Assembly (NCBI GenBank): GCA_001642005.1
Contig: LWCA01000156.1
Location: forward strand, 1 to 45,789
Reading direction: 5' to 3'
Length of the DNA: 45,789 nucleotides
DNA from: Intoshia linei
Lineage: Eukaryota > Animalia > Orthonectida
Shown here: positions 1-13,800 of the stretch, one piece after another
Layout: each line of letters starts with the position of its first letter
How positions within the stretch are numbered: the stretch's first letter is position 1
Made by a program: the position numbers and the translations under genes
Notes under the pieces: model-generated
Database searches by the model: none
What the model was told of the DNA's origin: nothing
What the model saw: the letters and a program-made list of their open reading frames with translations, nothing else

Positions 1-534
1 CACGCGTCTAAAATGACTAAAGAATGGTTAAATCGTAAAAATATTACTGTTCTTTCGTGGCCACCATGCTCACCGGATCTAAACCCAATAGAAAATATAT
101 GAGGAATGATGACTGGGATTGTATATAAAGATGGAAAACAATATAAATGTTTAAAAGATCTGAGATCAGCCATAGAGAGATCTTGGAATTCCATTGACCA
201 ACCCAAGGTTAACACCTTAATTGCAAGTATGCCTTCTAGAATTTTTGAAGTTATTACAAATAAAGGTGGAAGAACTCATTATTAAAGTTATAAAATTATG
301 TTTTAACTAAATTATTGTACCTATTTTGCTGTAAATTAGAAAGTTAGAGCACTTTTGTCGCATATTTTTCATTTTCAAATTATAAAAAAAGTATACATAA
401 TTACACAATTTAAAATTCGGGGCAATAACTGATATACCATATTGTTTTAGTATTCAAAAAATTAGATTATAATTTATTTTAGTTTTCCTTATATTTCAAT
501 ATAATACAGGTGCTCTAAGGTTTTGTCGGGGGTA
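1..534 (+). mobile_element. Tc1-family transposon relic, 3' part (transposase C-terminus and right terminal repeat)
   Basis: Frame 1 reads [36 protein letters not shown]...GGRTHY* (stop at 285). It has the [12 protein letters not shown] motif and a TGA where Trp is expected (100-102). TTTTGTCG is repeated near 353 and 521, ending ...GGGGTATA (IR/DR-type end). Confidence 0.85.
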
Positions 535-1023
535 TATATATATAGAAAACTTTAAATGGTCAGGCTAACTTCACCGTTAAGAGTTGACCGAAAATATTTT
601 ACAATAATTATTTTAGTAATACCATAATTTTAAGCCCTAATGATATTTTTACTAAATACCCATGAGACACCTTACTGTACATTGTAAAATGTACACATTA
701 TTCTACTTGTTTATCTATATGTTTAACATTTATATTTGTATATATTAATTTATATTATGTATTAATTAATAAAAATGTAATAAGGTCCTATAAAATTTAA
801 TAGCAAATAATAATTAAAGTTGAAATGGTTAAAATGTACAGACTGTCATATTTTCAGCACTTAACGATCAGCTATAATGTTATAAAAAGTTAATTTCCAC
901 AAAAAATATGAATACTACATTATTACATTACTGTATTTAAAATGTAGATATATGTATGAATGTATGTATAAATGTATGATAGGGAATTACTTAACAAAAT
1001 TCACACTTATTTTAGGTTATCAT

Positions 1024-2286
1024 TAGGGCGATTATTTTTTAACTAGGGCAAATTTTGATATGTTCATACGCATATAATTACAATCACAATGATAATAATG
1101 TTACGTGTATTAATTGACTAATTAAAATTTGATTAAGTTAATAGCGTTAATAAAGTTAAAATAATATTTTCAAAAGTTAAATTTTATTTTTAAAAGTTTA
1201 ATTATATTTTCAAACATTAATTTTGTTTTATGCATGATTGTAGTAAATAAACTTATTAATTTTTATATCACTCACTAAAAGCAGTTTTTATTTATTCTTA
1301 ACTTATTTCTATTCACAATATAGGTAATTTAGCAATACTTTTATATCATTAATGTTTTTTTAAGCATGCCAAAATATGCGAAATCTAAATATGAAAAAAT
1401 TTACAATATTACAAAACTTTATCCTAGTGAATGTACTAAGAATGACGACAATTTATTTTGTATGAAATGCTGTTGCAATGTTACTTTTACAAAATTAAAT
1501 TTTGTTTAATTACACCACAAATTAGCAAAATACAAGAGTTTTATGCATATTATCAGTATTGGAAGTTCAATTAAAACATCGAATGACTTTGCAACAGAAA
1601 TGGCGGAAGAAATTGTATCTGCGGACATACCTCTAAAAAGTTAAATAACATCAAGTTAAGAACAACATTTAAAAAAAAAGGGAATAATTTTGCCATCTGA
1701 AAGCAATTGAAGAAATAAAATTGATGCTTTGTATTGAAAAGAAATAGATAGAATAAAAAATGAGTGTATTAATAAATTAATCTTTATCATTATGGACGAA
1801 ACAGATTTACAAAACAAAACAAAGAAACTTTTTAAAAGAAAATATTAAAAAATATTTGATTTTGTACGACCCAAATAATACACTTTTTATTCATCTTTAT
1901 TAAGACTTAAATTAGGGATCGGAAACCTTTTGCATCTAGTGGACCCCTTTATTATTTTTTAAAGGTGTATCAGAAATAGTGGATATGATTAACGAGTACT
2001 AAACTTAAAAAAGGTTATGAAACCCTGAATCAGATATTTACGGACATAAGACAACGCTGATTGTTCTACAACAACTATCTAATAATGGCAATACAATTAT
2101 GTTTTAAAATTTATATAACGGTGCTACTGCCGACAAGGCCCCAGAAATATTATTATGGCAAATAAGAGATTTCATCACTGTTTAACAACACTACGTGAAT
2201 TTTTTTTCCAAAAGTTAATAAAGTTAAATAAATTTGATTTGTAAGTTAAATTTTTTTGTTTTTATAGGTTAAAAAAAATCGCCCTA
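1024..2286 (+). mobile_element. hAT-type element with decayed CGGBP1-like transposase
   Basis: TIRs TAGGGCGATT..TTTTTAAC / GTTAAAAAAAATCGCCCTA and a perfect 8-bp TSD GTTATCAT (1016-1023, 2287-2294). Internal broken ORF from about 1367: LFCMKCCCNV...IVSADIPLK..LPSESN*R...IFIIMDETD, with stops and frameshifts. Confidence 0.85.
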
Positions 2287-3199
2287 GTTATCATCCTTTT
2301 TTTTGTCGATTATAATCCTATACGTATATGATTACTAATTAATTAAAGTTATGTTTTTTAGATGAGTAACACTCGACTACTCGATTCGGGTTGTTAACTA
2401 TTAATATAAATTAAAGATAATTTTTATAGTGGTGTTACTAAATGCTCAAAACATTTTCCCTGTCTGTATAAATAAAATATGTATATTGTACATGATAATA
2501 AAAATAAATACCGATTCCATTTTATTTTTTATTTAATTTTCAAATTATATTTGTTATTAAAATGTCAAGGTATTGAAAATTATAATATTTATAAGTTTCT
2601 TAGCGATTTTGCATGTGATAAATGTTATATTAGATATTATGATTATGTAGTGTAATAATAAATTTTGTACAATTTAACTTGTTACCAAAAGTATGAGTCT
2701 AACGTTGACTCAAAACTTGATATAAAAAAAACAAATTCAGGATTTGTTTATAACTATACACCAGTAAAAAGGAAAATAGCTAAATATACTATTGTCTTAG
2801 ACATGAAGTTATGAAGTTTCGCTTTGTTGAATTATATTATTACAGTAACCCCGAAATCAAACGTTTTGACTAGAGTCAGATAATAAGCAACACATTTTAT
2901 ACAATAAAAAATGTTGGTTTGTCCAACAGTGTTTTTCTAACTTTTTGGCTTACGATACACTAACAAGGCATTATCAATAAACCACGATAAAAATAAGCAT
3001 TTACATCAATATTTACCAAAACCTTAAAGGGCTTCTAATGATAATTAGCAACGAAGCATGCGTATGCCAGAGTTGATAGAAAGTTTTAATAGTTGCGAAC
3101 GCACTTTGTAAAAATATTAACATGTAAATATAACTCTTTATCACTCTATAAATATAATTAAAATCAAAAGTTTTGTGAAGAGTGTCAGGTTTTTTCTTT

Positions 3200-3307
3200 T
3201 TTGTGTCTCTTTCTGTATGTCTTTTTTCAAAAAAATTTTCAAAATCCTTTTAATCCTGACTAATCAGCGCCCGAATTGACACAAACTTTAACTTTATTAT
3301 ATATAGA
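3200..3307 (-). mobile_element. Probable Helitron 5' end
   Basis: The minus strand reads A|TCTATATATAATAAAGTTAAAGTTTGTGTC, resembling the TC-start AT-rich 5' end of animal non-autonomous Helitrons. The 3' end was not located. Confidence 0.4.
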
Positions 3308-3520
3308 TTTATTTCACATTAAAATTTTATAATTAAATAGATTCACACAATAGAATCACACTATAACGTTGAACCCTATTAATAATCATGAATTACGTTT
3401 ATGAATTACGTATCATACCGTAATACGGTAACCATATGAACGTTTTTTATATTGAAATTAAACTTATTTTTATACGATAATTAATTTTTTTAATTTTAAT
3501 ATTTTAATTTATTTCATATT

Positions 3521-6500
3521 ATGTCAAAACATCTTAAAATGTAAAATTTATGTAAAAGTATTTAAATCTTATAAAATTAGATTAGCTATTGGTGAAGTGG
3601 ATGGTAATATACTCAAAGCCGTGAAAAAAATAAATAAAATTAATGAAAAAACTGGACCATTTCAAGTACACTTTTGTTGTATAAAGGAATTCTGAAAGTT
3701 TTTAGTTAGTACCCGCAATTGTCGCAAACCATCCAATTCTTATACTATTATTTATACATTAAAATTTTTTCATTAACTTGGTGACCCCGTAATATACATT
3801 TAATTTAATTTTTGGATATTTTTCTAGGGGCATATTAGTATGTTACTACAGTCTAAGACTTAGACTAAGTCCTTATTAACGGAATTTTTGGTTTATACAA
3901 ATTCGTAAGAAAAAATAAATAATTTAAAATTCCGTTAATAAGGACTATTTATTTGAATAAAATTTAGATGGCTTTGTGTGTTGGTTCTTTTTTTAGTGAA
4001 AATTGTGATTTTGATGAATATGTAAAATCTACCACCGAAGGTAAATAAAGTTAAAATTACATTTTAAACAAAAATATATATTATAGCATGCATTCCAATT
4101 TACATCTTGGGACCTAATAAACCAGAGGAAATAAATTATTATGGAGAAAAATTAAACTATTCTGGTGAAATTACCACAAATATTTTTTTTCTTGGAAAAT
4201 CCGGAATTTATGCTACACCTGGAGGAATAAATATAGCCTATGTTAGCGGACACAATACATTTTCTAATAATAAAACGTTAATGGTGAATTATATGGACAT
4301 TGACAATATTTTGAATACTATTAATCCCGAAAGTTTTATCGACGTGTTGATTACTTCGTGTTGGCCAAAATGTATTACTAAAAAATGTAATATTGATGAG
4401 GTATACAATCTAATATTACAATAAGGTATTTTATGTTACCTTCATAACTTCAATTTAAAAAAATCTAATTGACCACAATCAGAAGGAATTGATAATTTTA
4501 TTAACATTTTATAAATTATTTTATCCAAACAACACGTTTTTGGTATTTTTTATGGATTTCTTGTATAGGACTGTTATAAAAAAATTAATTGATAAATTTA
4601 AATGCCATAATATGAGCAATTAGAATGCTGTTCTATTTCAACTTGTAGTAAAGGATACTATACTATAGACATTTATTAAATTTGATTTTAATTTAGTCTC
4701 AAATTCAACCATCAATCGAAAAATGTTCTTTGGTTTTGAAGGAAATTTTAAAGAATATTCAACCTTCTTATGTGTTTACCTCTTATGATAATATATATTT
4801 TAAAAGAACACCATATAGGTAATTTCAATTTTATACATTTTTTATATTCATAATTTTATATTACAATTTGACTTGGGGATGGTAAATTCAGTATTTAGTC
4901 TCTTTAAACAACAAAAAGTATATAATGGCTGATATTGGTGGTTCCCAATATTTCACGATATTCATGTTAATTTTATACATAAAATTCATTTAATTATAGA
5001 AATTACAAAAATGAAAAGCTTTCGTCTATTACTAAATTTATTTCTCTCGCAAAGTTTTTTAACGATGAAAAATTTAAAGTATTTTTTAATTACGGTTCAT
5101 AAAATTATTTAATTTTTAGAGTACTTTTGCAATTGCAATTATACCTATGAAACATAGAAATGCTATTAACCCAGATTCAATAACCGACAGTGGACCAAAT
5201 CCTTTTGATGAAACAATTTCATTCCAAGTTAAAGTAAATGAAACTAACCAGTTGAATGACGTTAAAATAAATATGGAAAACTATTCTGAAAAAAGATTAC
5301 ATGTTCGAAAAGATTCAACGGTAAGTTTTATATTTTTATATTTTTAAAAATATTTAGCGAGGATATACATAGCCCTTTTTAATGTCGTTCCCCTTTAGCA
5401 ATGTTAATTATTATTCAGTATCTTATCAAAACATTGTAAATATGAGATTAATATATATTTTATTGACTAGATTTCAAAAAAAAAGAAAATGGATGGTATA
5501 TTATTGTAAATATCAGTGATGACAATGAATCAAATGTGGTGTGTTAATTTTAGATTATATTCGAAAAATATTTTTTGTTATGTTTTCTAATAAAAAAATT
5601 GTTACTCATCCCGCCAATTGAAGCCAATGATAAATTTTTTACCCATACGAGAGAAAATCAATATAATTTTTCAGCAAGTTTTTCAATGCAATGAACAATG
5701 TTTATTGAACAAAGCTTGAAATTTATATGAAACGCAAGTGAACCTTGTTTACTCATGGAATATATTTATTTTATGATTTAATTCTCAAGGTGTACATTTT
5801 TTGAAGTGTAAAATACGTCAAGTGTATATTTAACACGAAAACGCACCTTTTGGCATCACTGATATGTGTTATAATATAAATACAATTAGATAACGCGCTA
5901 AAATTTTGTTGGTTTTGCATTGATAATGCGGATACTAGTTTAATAGTGCACAAAGGAAATTTTGTAGTATCAATTTAGAGTATTTTAATTTTAATTGTAG
6001 TGTTACATTGCATTACCGAAAGGTGAATATATACGTGAAAACTTGATGATTATTCCATATACTCATATACATTCAATTGAATATCTTAATTTTATATCAA
6101 TGAATGAAATCAGTTATTATTGCAAGATTATCCGAGGAATTTATAATGATGAATTTGATTGTAACGTGCTTTTTTATCAGAATAATATTTTATCTCATCA
6201 TGTGTATGTTATTATTAGTACTTTTTAATATTTTTTGTAGATTTGTAAATGCGTTACCTATTAAAAAATCAATTTCCGTTGATTTGATTAAGGATGCATT
6301 CATTTCTGAATTAACGAAAAAAAATATTACATACATTACTAGAACCATTGAGATGGATATTTTTGATGGGGAAGTCTATAAAAAGAAAAATTATGTTCAT
6401 ATTCGATTTCCAGATAATAGTGAAATGTGTTTTGAAAGTAAATCACTTCCCATTCAATTTGTCAAGTATATCTATATTTATATATTTAATGTATTGTTAG

Positions 6501-6738
6501 AATCATTCTTTCCAGTGTAAATTTGTTAAATAACGCTGATAAAATAAAGTGGCAAGATCACATTATACCTCTTGATAAAAGAAAGCTTTTAATTGAAGAA
6601 TTTATGGAATATATTATGAGATATGATATTATTAATTTTGAAATTGAAAAACATCTGGTATTTTTAAAATATTTTATTATTAATATTTCTTTACTATATT
6701 TAGAGAAATTTTATACACTACAAACGAATAATTTATAA
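3521..6738 (+). CDS. CWF19L1: CWF19-like protein 1 (Drn1/CwfJ family; metallophosphoesterase-like N-terminus plus CwfJ C-terminal domains), multi-exon
   Basis: Spliced translation MSKHLKI|LAIGEVDG...KTGPFQ|MALCVGSFF...|IPIYILGPN..., then DVLITSCWPK, IQPSYVFTS, FCWFCIDN..|CYIALPKG..LMIIPYTH, LPIQFVK|IILSS..LLNNADKIKWQD..RYDI. These match known CWF19L1 motifs. The ORF may splice on at 6657 into the downstream domain. Confidence 0.9.
3850..3946. repeat. Intronic mini inverted-repeat element (collapsed MITE)
   Basis: Perfect 21-bp IR AGTCCTTATTAACGGAATTTT (3868-3888 / 3926-3946), preceded by the hairpin AGTCTAAG-A-CTTAGACT. The arm resembles the TIR of the element at 24486-25191. Confidence 0.7.
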
Positions 6739-8262
6739 TCCAGAAATGTCAAAGCACATATATTTAAAAAATAAGTCTATGCATGATTTTAGAGGTTATA
6801 TATTCATTTGATTGTATACTTGGTTATTAATGTTTTTGTGGGCCGTATTTCAAAAAATTTTTCTGAATTTGGAACGATTTTACCAACACTTGTTTATATA
6901 AACATAAGTATTCATTTTATATTTACTACCACTACGATAGTATGTGCTTATTATAAAAATATCAATTATTAACGAATATGATTGTGTATGGGCTCATGAG
7001 TCATGACAGCCATTGAAACTAGCATTTGCTAAAATGTGCAAACTATTTTCATAAACTGTCTCTGAAGAGTGAGTGTCTGGATTCCATTTCCAGAATTATA
7101 AATTTAAGGGTGGGGTTATGAGATTTAGACATATTTTGTACTATATACTATTAAAGTTTAATTAAATATAGTTTAGATGAGTGCCTATATTGTCTAAAAA
7201 ACAAAAAATATAAAGCTGTGGATATTATTTACATCGACGATGAGGTATATTTCCGGTTTTACCATCTTTTTAATATTTTAATGTAGATATATGCTAAAAT
7301 CAATAGCAATTCTTCACAGTCCTTCAATTTTGATATAATTATGATTGATCATTATAAAACTTTTTTCGACATTGAAATATACACTAAAATTGTGCATAAG
7401 GCTGAAAAAATATTAAACATAGTATTAGACAACATTTCGTCTTTATTTTGTAGTAATTCAACAGAAATAACTACATTAAAAAAAGAAAATTTTGTATGCA
7501 TTTTTTCAAATGTAGATAAATTGATGGATTATACTAGAGCTTTTCATAGTATCATTTCAGTTTTCCCAATTTTTTCTGATAGTGTTGTCAATTTTTTTGA
7601 AAAATTCCCAAGAATAAATGAATATCTAACCCTTTCCGAAATCAGTACAAAGAATACATTATCTTTATCCAAACTGAGCCTTATGTTGGGTTACCCTAAC
7701 TTGAAAAAGTGTAAAGAAACTATCATTTTTAATTGTAACTCTGATAACTTGTGGAGTTTTGTCTACAATTACCAAAATCATATAAAATCTGATTGTCATA
7801 CCAAGAATGTTCATCCGATTAAAAAGTATGACAACATACTTACAATTTTAAGGTATACTATTATAATATTTTTTAAATATACCGGAATAAGAGTTTCTTT
7901 AATGTTAGTACATGTCAAAAAGTTAATAAAACATAACTTCATAACAGTGATATAGTTTACATTTCAAAATAAGGTTTTCCGTCAGATAAATTAAATATTT
8001 ATCAAGTTTACAAATGAGTATATTTTTCAGTATCATTTAATTAAATGTGTATTTATCACTCAATTTAGAGAATACATTCATAATAACAATTCATGTGGTA
8101 ATACATTAAAATTTAATGTGGAATTGGCCCGAAAATTATTAGAAAATTTGTAAATAAATCCTTTTGTGTATAATATTGATTTTTATTGATATCGTATTTA
8201 GTAACGTGATTTATGGTCTATCCATTATTTATAGGGATATAGTCAAACCTGAAGATGTTTAG
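6704..8262 (+). CDS. Second, divergent CwfJ C-terminal (HIT-like) domain; C-terminal extension of CWF19L1 or a tandem paralog
   Basis: Exons 6704-6794, 7177-7244, about 7288-7851, 8070-8149 and 8235-8262 read DECLYCLKNKKYKAVDIIYIDDE|IYAKINS..FDIIMIDHYKTFFDI..VCIFSN..FHSIISVFPI..KKYD. This parallels CWFC..|CYIALPKG..IIPYTH and has the same intron position. The last exons are tentative. Confidence 0.6.
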
Positions 8263-10549
8263 AGTTATGTTTTTTTTCCTGCAGAGTATTATTCAAAAGG
8301 TTTACAAGTAACACGTGTAAACATGCATTTGGGTAAATGCAGAGCCGAAGATACCCAAAAATAGAAAATTTTAATCAAACGATGCATAGTGTCATAGTGC
8401 TACCCTTTCCAAGGGTTTTGACTTAAAATTTTACATAAAATAGTTGATATTGAAGAATACCATGTAGTTAATGCTCAATTTAGAAAAATAAGACGTTATT
8501 TTACAAAAATTTCGCCCCCTCCCCAAAGATCGTGGGTACGGTAGTTTACCTTACCATTAGTAATTTCAGAAGTGGGTTCATGAAATTTAAATATAAATGT
8601 TTTCATGCTAATCCAATGTTTATTATCCAAGAAAATTTAATTATTGAAACCAACGTTACATTTACCGAACCAGTATTATTAGAAACAAGATAGTCTACAT
8701 TTATTAATTGCATTATTACATTTACCATATTTCAATACAGGATTAAATTATTGTATCTCCAATGAAGGAAGGAATTTCATGGATATTCTAAAAATTATAT
8801 TACAAGATATTCTAAAATTTTGTGTTAACGACTCTAATTAGTTAACTGAATATTCTGATTTTATTTTGATAAAATTAAATAACTGAAAAATCTAATTATT
8901 TAAATCAAAATGACATTAGCGATATTTATAATTAATATTATCAACTTAAAAAAATACTTTTTTTTGACGTGGACCACAAAAAAATAATTTCCGTGTGCAT
9001 TAAATTTTATATTTAATTTAGTTTTACATTCTAAAGAAAAATAGAAATTTTTGTGATCCCATAAACCCTCAAAAATTACAATCTAATTTTTTTTATTATC
9101 AAATGTCATGTTACGAGTTAATCAATCATACTAATATTTATATATATATATAGTATGTACTACATATAAAAATTACTCTGGATAATGGAAAATATCTGAC
9201 AATATTTAAATTATATATAAGTTTATTTGTTGTTTGGTTAGATGTGACATAATTTGACAATATATATTTTGCAATTTTGATATTAACCGATAAAAGATAA
9301 GAATATGCATTGAGAGGTTGATTATTCCATAATTTAATAAGATTCGTTAAATTTGTATTTATAGCATTCGTAAGTTGTCTCATATTCTCTTCAGAATATG
9401 CAACATTAGGCATAACGATTAAAAATATTTTTGTCTGTCTAATTTTCAATTTGATATCAACGTTCATAAAATCATCATTAATTTCAATTGCTTTTTCCAA
9501 CTGAACAACCATACTTTGATCTTGATGGAAATATCTTTTATTAACCCAAAACTTGAATAATGTTTGGATAATTTCAAAGGCAGAATCTGATAAATGGCAT
9601 AAATTTCCGATATTTAATTGCATAGATTGAGATATTGATTTTTCTCTAAAAATTTTAGTATCAAAAGCTCTGAATAAAATTATGAAAACTGAAAATGAGC
9701 TAATAAAAAATACATTAATGTATTCGCCAAATTGTACAGATAAAATTTCATAATTTTTCCAAATATTTTCATTAATTGTAGAAAATAAAATTAAGAAATT
9801 TTTAAATAAATCGCTATTTAAAGTCGAAACAAATTCGTTTGAATATAAAAGGTTGTATTTTAATATAGACATTAAAAAATTGATTGTAGATTTCATATAC
9901 ATAACGCTGTCTTCATTGTCCAGTGATACATTTAAAGAAGGAAGAAAATCAGACAAATGATTTACGTTGCTATTTAAATCTTTTAATTCAAAATTAAATG
10001 TTCTCCCCATCTGGTTGAAAATATCCATCATCATATTTAAAGCAGAATTTGAGATGTGCTTTATTTTGTCATTTTCGTTGAAGAAATACCAAATAGCCAC
10101 TATACTTCCAGCTATATTACATAAATGCACATTTTGGAAATTTATTACTTCTTTTATGTAGAACCAAATTTGATTTTTATACAATACCAAGTTGTTTGGA
10201 AAGAGTAATATCAACAATTTAATTGTAATTAAAGTATGTTCACAATTGGGCTTAAAAAATTTAAATAAATAGGGCAAAAAGTTTAGCTCAAATTTTGATT
10301 TATCTATATCCTTATCAATCCATAAGCTGTTTAAAATTTTGGAAACGTTATTTAAATTTAATACTCGTAAATCTTCGTTGAGCCATGTATTCGAAATCTA
10401 AAAATCACATTATGGTAACACAAATGAAACAATAAGTTTAGAGGAATTTGAATTTTATAAATGAATAATTATAATTATTTTAGCCATACAACAACTGCAA
10501 TTAAGGTATAGAAATATGAAAATTGTACCCAAAACTTTCTTTCTGCCAT
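8250..10549 (-). CDS. Helical-repeat protein, possibly a divergent PELP1/Rix1 homolog; multi-exon, ends uncertain
   Basis: Long exon about 10398-9195, plus small GT-AG exons at about 8550-8790. LPYLFKFFKPNCEHTLITIKLLILLFPNNLVLYKNQI..NVHLCNIA resembles, from memory, PELP1 LPGLLTSLLGLRPECEQSALEGMKACMTYFPRAC..SPQLQQLA. Confidence 0.45.
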
Positions 10550-10891
10550 TTTTAAACGCTGATGCAGGTCATAAAAATGATAATAAATTAGATCTTAGAA
10601 AACTGAAATATATTCCTTAAAATTTAAAGATATAGAAAATCAGCGTTAAATTTTACTTTAAATGCTAAAATGCGGGTTATTAATAATGGTACATTTGTCG
10701 ATAAGCAAATTCAAAATTAGTACAACATAAAACTCTGATAAAATCAAAATTACTTTTAATGAATTTGTCATTTTTTTCAATTCTCCATTATATTGTGTAC
10801 TTGTATATTTATCAACATTTTTTCTGTCACACATTTCAAACCTACACTTAATTATATAAGTATCTTTTATAATCTAAACTTACATTTTAAT

Positions 10892-13800
10892 ATGAAATTT
10901 GTTGATGAGAACGATAATAAATATTTTCAAACTGAAATGTTTAGCGTATTTTATGAAACTGGAAATGTGTCAACGAATTGGTCGTGTATAGAAAATTTAC
11001 TAGCTTGTAATTATTGCAATTGTATCAAATCTAAGGATGATGTCATTCATGAACCCCAAATATTGTACTGCCCTAAATGCTTTGATAATTATACTTTTTC
11101 TGATGCACTGAATAATGACTTTAGGTATGTTATTACTTATTTGTTTAGATTTCATCCTTGACTTGTATAAAATTAAATATTTCTGTGTCTCAGTGTTGGC
11201 CGATACCGTTTATTTAAAGAAACCCCAGTTTCTAATACAGTTTTTCAGTGATGTTTATGTAAAAGTTTCATTTTCAGAAATTGAGTCCTTCAGGGTCAAC
11301 CATGGACCCGTAATTTCATATTACCTTTTAATTTAAAGTTAATTATTTCACTTAATATATTTTGTTAACATTTCAGTAAAGGATTTTAAAAACCAATTTT
11401 TTGATCCCATTTTTTTAATTTTTAGAGAGAAATAATGTATGGTCCATGGTGAAATAATTTGTAAACGACTCTTTTAAAGTATTGACAATAGTGAAAAGTA
11501 GCATTTTTAAGTAAGCTTTGATTTTATTTATTTTTTTGGTAGAATTACAAAAGTTCACCTGGAGTACAATGTACTTAGTACATAACAGTCAATCTAGTAA
11601 ACTGTAAATATAAAATATTATTAAACAATGGGGTCAGATTTTTTATTATTTGGACTAAAAGAAGAGTGGTTAACTGTATATTAAAATAATTTAAACTCTT
11701 TAATGTAACGGTCATTTTTTACATTTCATATATTATTCTATTTAGATGCAAAAATTGCAAATTTTGTTCAATTTGCAGATCCATATTAAACTTTTCAACG
11801 CAATCTAAAAATTCTGAACAAAAATATCAAAATGTTGGTTGTTTTATTTGTAGAGAAACTACTTTAAATCAGAAAGTTGATAAACATATTGATACCAAAA
11901 GTTTGTTAAATAACCATATTGTTCCTCTTTATATACCACCTGAAAGCTCTGAAACTGAGAAATATGACGAATTGTTGGATTATTGGAAAAGAATATGTAC
12001 CACCAGAATTGAAAATAATTCGTCGTTGAGGTATAATGTAGTTAAATTGGTCTTAGTTCTTGTTCAATGGTCATCTACTCATAACATTCAAATTTTGAAA
12101 TGAGACCGTTTAATGAAACACTGACTTGTTGTACAACCTAATAATTGATTAATATACATGTACTTATTTAGAGAAAATAAACCTGGATTTTCTTTGAGAA
12201 GTATACTCATTAACCGAGAACGTTGTCCAATTAAATTTCTTTTTACACAAGAACCTATTTCGTCGATAATTCCTTTAAATTCTAGTGGTAAATATATTTA
12301 AATATTATCCCTAAATGTTAACATGAATTGTCATAATTAATGGAAACTTGTTTGTTTAACGTAATTTAGTGTTTCTCATTATTTTTTATGTTAGGTCCCA
12401 CTTTCACTCTTAAAAAAATCCCAGGCCCCACTGAAAAATTTATTTCCATCATATGGTAGTTTACGACTAGATGTTATTCTGGAGAAATTGTTAGCTCAAT
12501 TTATGACTAATAATTAAGTACATTTTAGTTCAATGGAAAACTGATATGAACGATTTGGATTATTTTAAAAGCTTTACAGATAATTTATATTCCACTTCGA
12601 AAATTAGTGAAGAATTTGTGAACTTTATTCCTTTGTTGTTATTTGTGCGTTATTCTTTGCGATGTAAAGGTATATATTCCTTTCGTTGAATTTTATTTCT
12701 CATTCAATTAAACTTACAATTTGAGTTTCGTTATTTGAAAATAGCTTTTTTTAATTACAATATATTTTAGACAAGCCGGCAATCAGTGGCCCATGGGCCA
12801 AACTTGACCAGCAAAATAATTTTGGTGACCCTTTGAGTTTCATGGTTTCGAGTTTGAGGTGAAACATGTAGATTATTTATTTTTAAATTGTTTCATCTTT
12901 TTAACACCGTTTTAAACATTTTCTACTATAATTGGCTCATTATAATCATTTTAATATTGACTTTTCAGATCGCTCTGAATTTTATTTTGTTGAATGTAAT
13001 AGAACTAGAAATAGTGTTTCATTTCAGTTAATTTTGAAATGTATCATGTGTAAATTTTCAAAAAAGGGTCCATAGAATTTTTTGTTATAAAAAAAGTTGC
13101 TGACCCCTGATTTAAGACGTCTTGTAGTTAAAATATTTAAACTAAACAACACCGTTCCTTTTAGAAAGCGGTGTGATTTACATTTAAGAGTACACTTAAT
13201 GTACTTTAAATTTTAAATTTAAATTCTGTTTTCTGAGTGCTTACTTATTATGATTAATTTATTTTAAATGTTTATTATTAGAATGTAATCATTGCGTTAG
13301 ACGTCCAGACTCTAACTCATCTAGTGCGAAACTGGTGATCAACGTAAATCCTTTAAATTTTATGCCATCAATAAGCCTTGATGTCACAAAATCCGCTTTG
13401 GCACATTTTATTTTTAAACTAGATGAAATGAGAAAAACCAATATCTATCAAGATGCTTATGTTGATGCTATATTGACGATACGTAATATGGGATTATATA
13501 AAATGTATATTAATTTAAAAAACATTGACATTTCTGCATTGTCACACCAAGATTGTTCATCTTGTGATGGCAACGAAGAATGTAGCCAGTTTGTAAACTT
13601 TTCAAAAAGTATATTCAACAGTACATATTCAAATATTACCTTTTCTCCTGTCGTCAAAAACATTCCAAAAACTGAAAAAATTAGTACCTGTTATTTAAAT
13701 GAATTTCCAGATGCAACTATTTATATGGAACCCAGCATATCTGAAAAATTTTCACGTATTTCTAATGATAATAGTATTAATAATGGCATCAACAATTGTT

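Noticed and set aside
100-102. In-frame TGA at a conserved Trp as a sign of an alternative genetic code
   Set aside because: It occurs only in a transposon relic. Host genes use TGG for Trp, and TGA is a real stop at 25335-25337.
3388-3433. ATGAATTACGT duplicate and TACCGTA-A-TACGGTA palindrome upstream of CWF19L1
   Set aside because: These could be promoter elements, but I did not see them upstream of other genes in the window, so they are unsupported.
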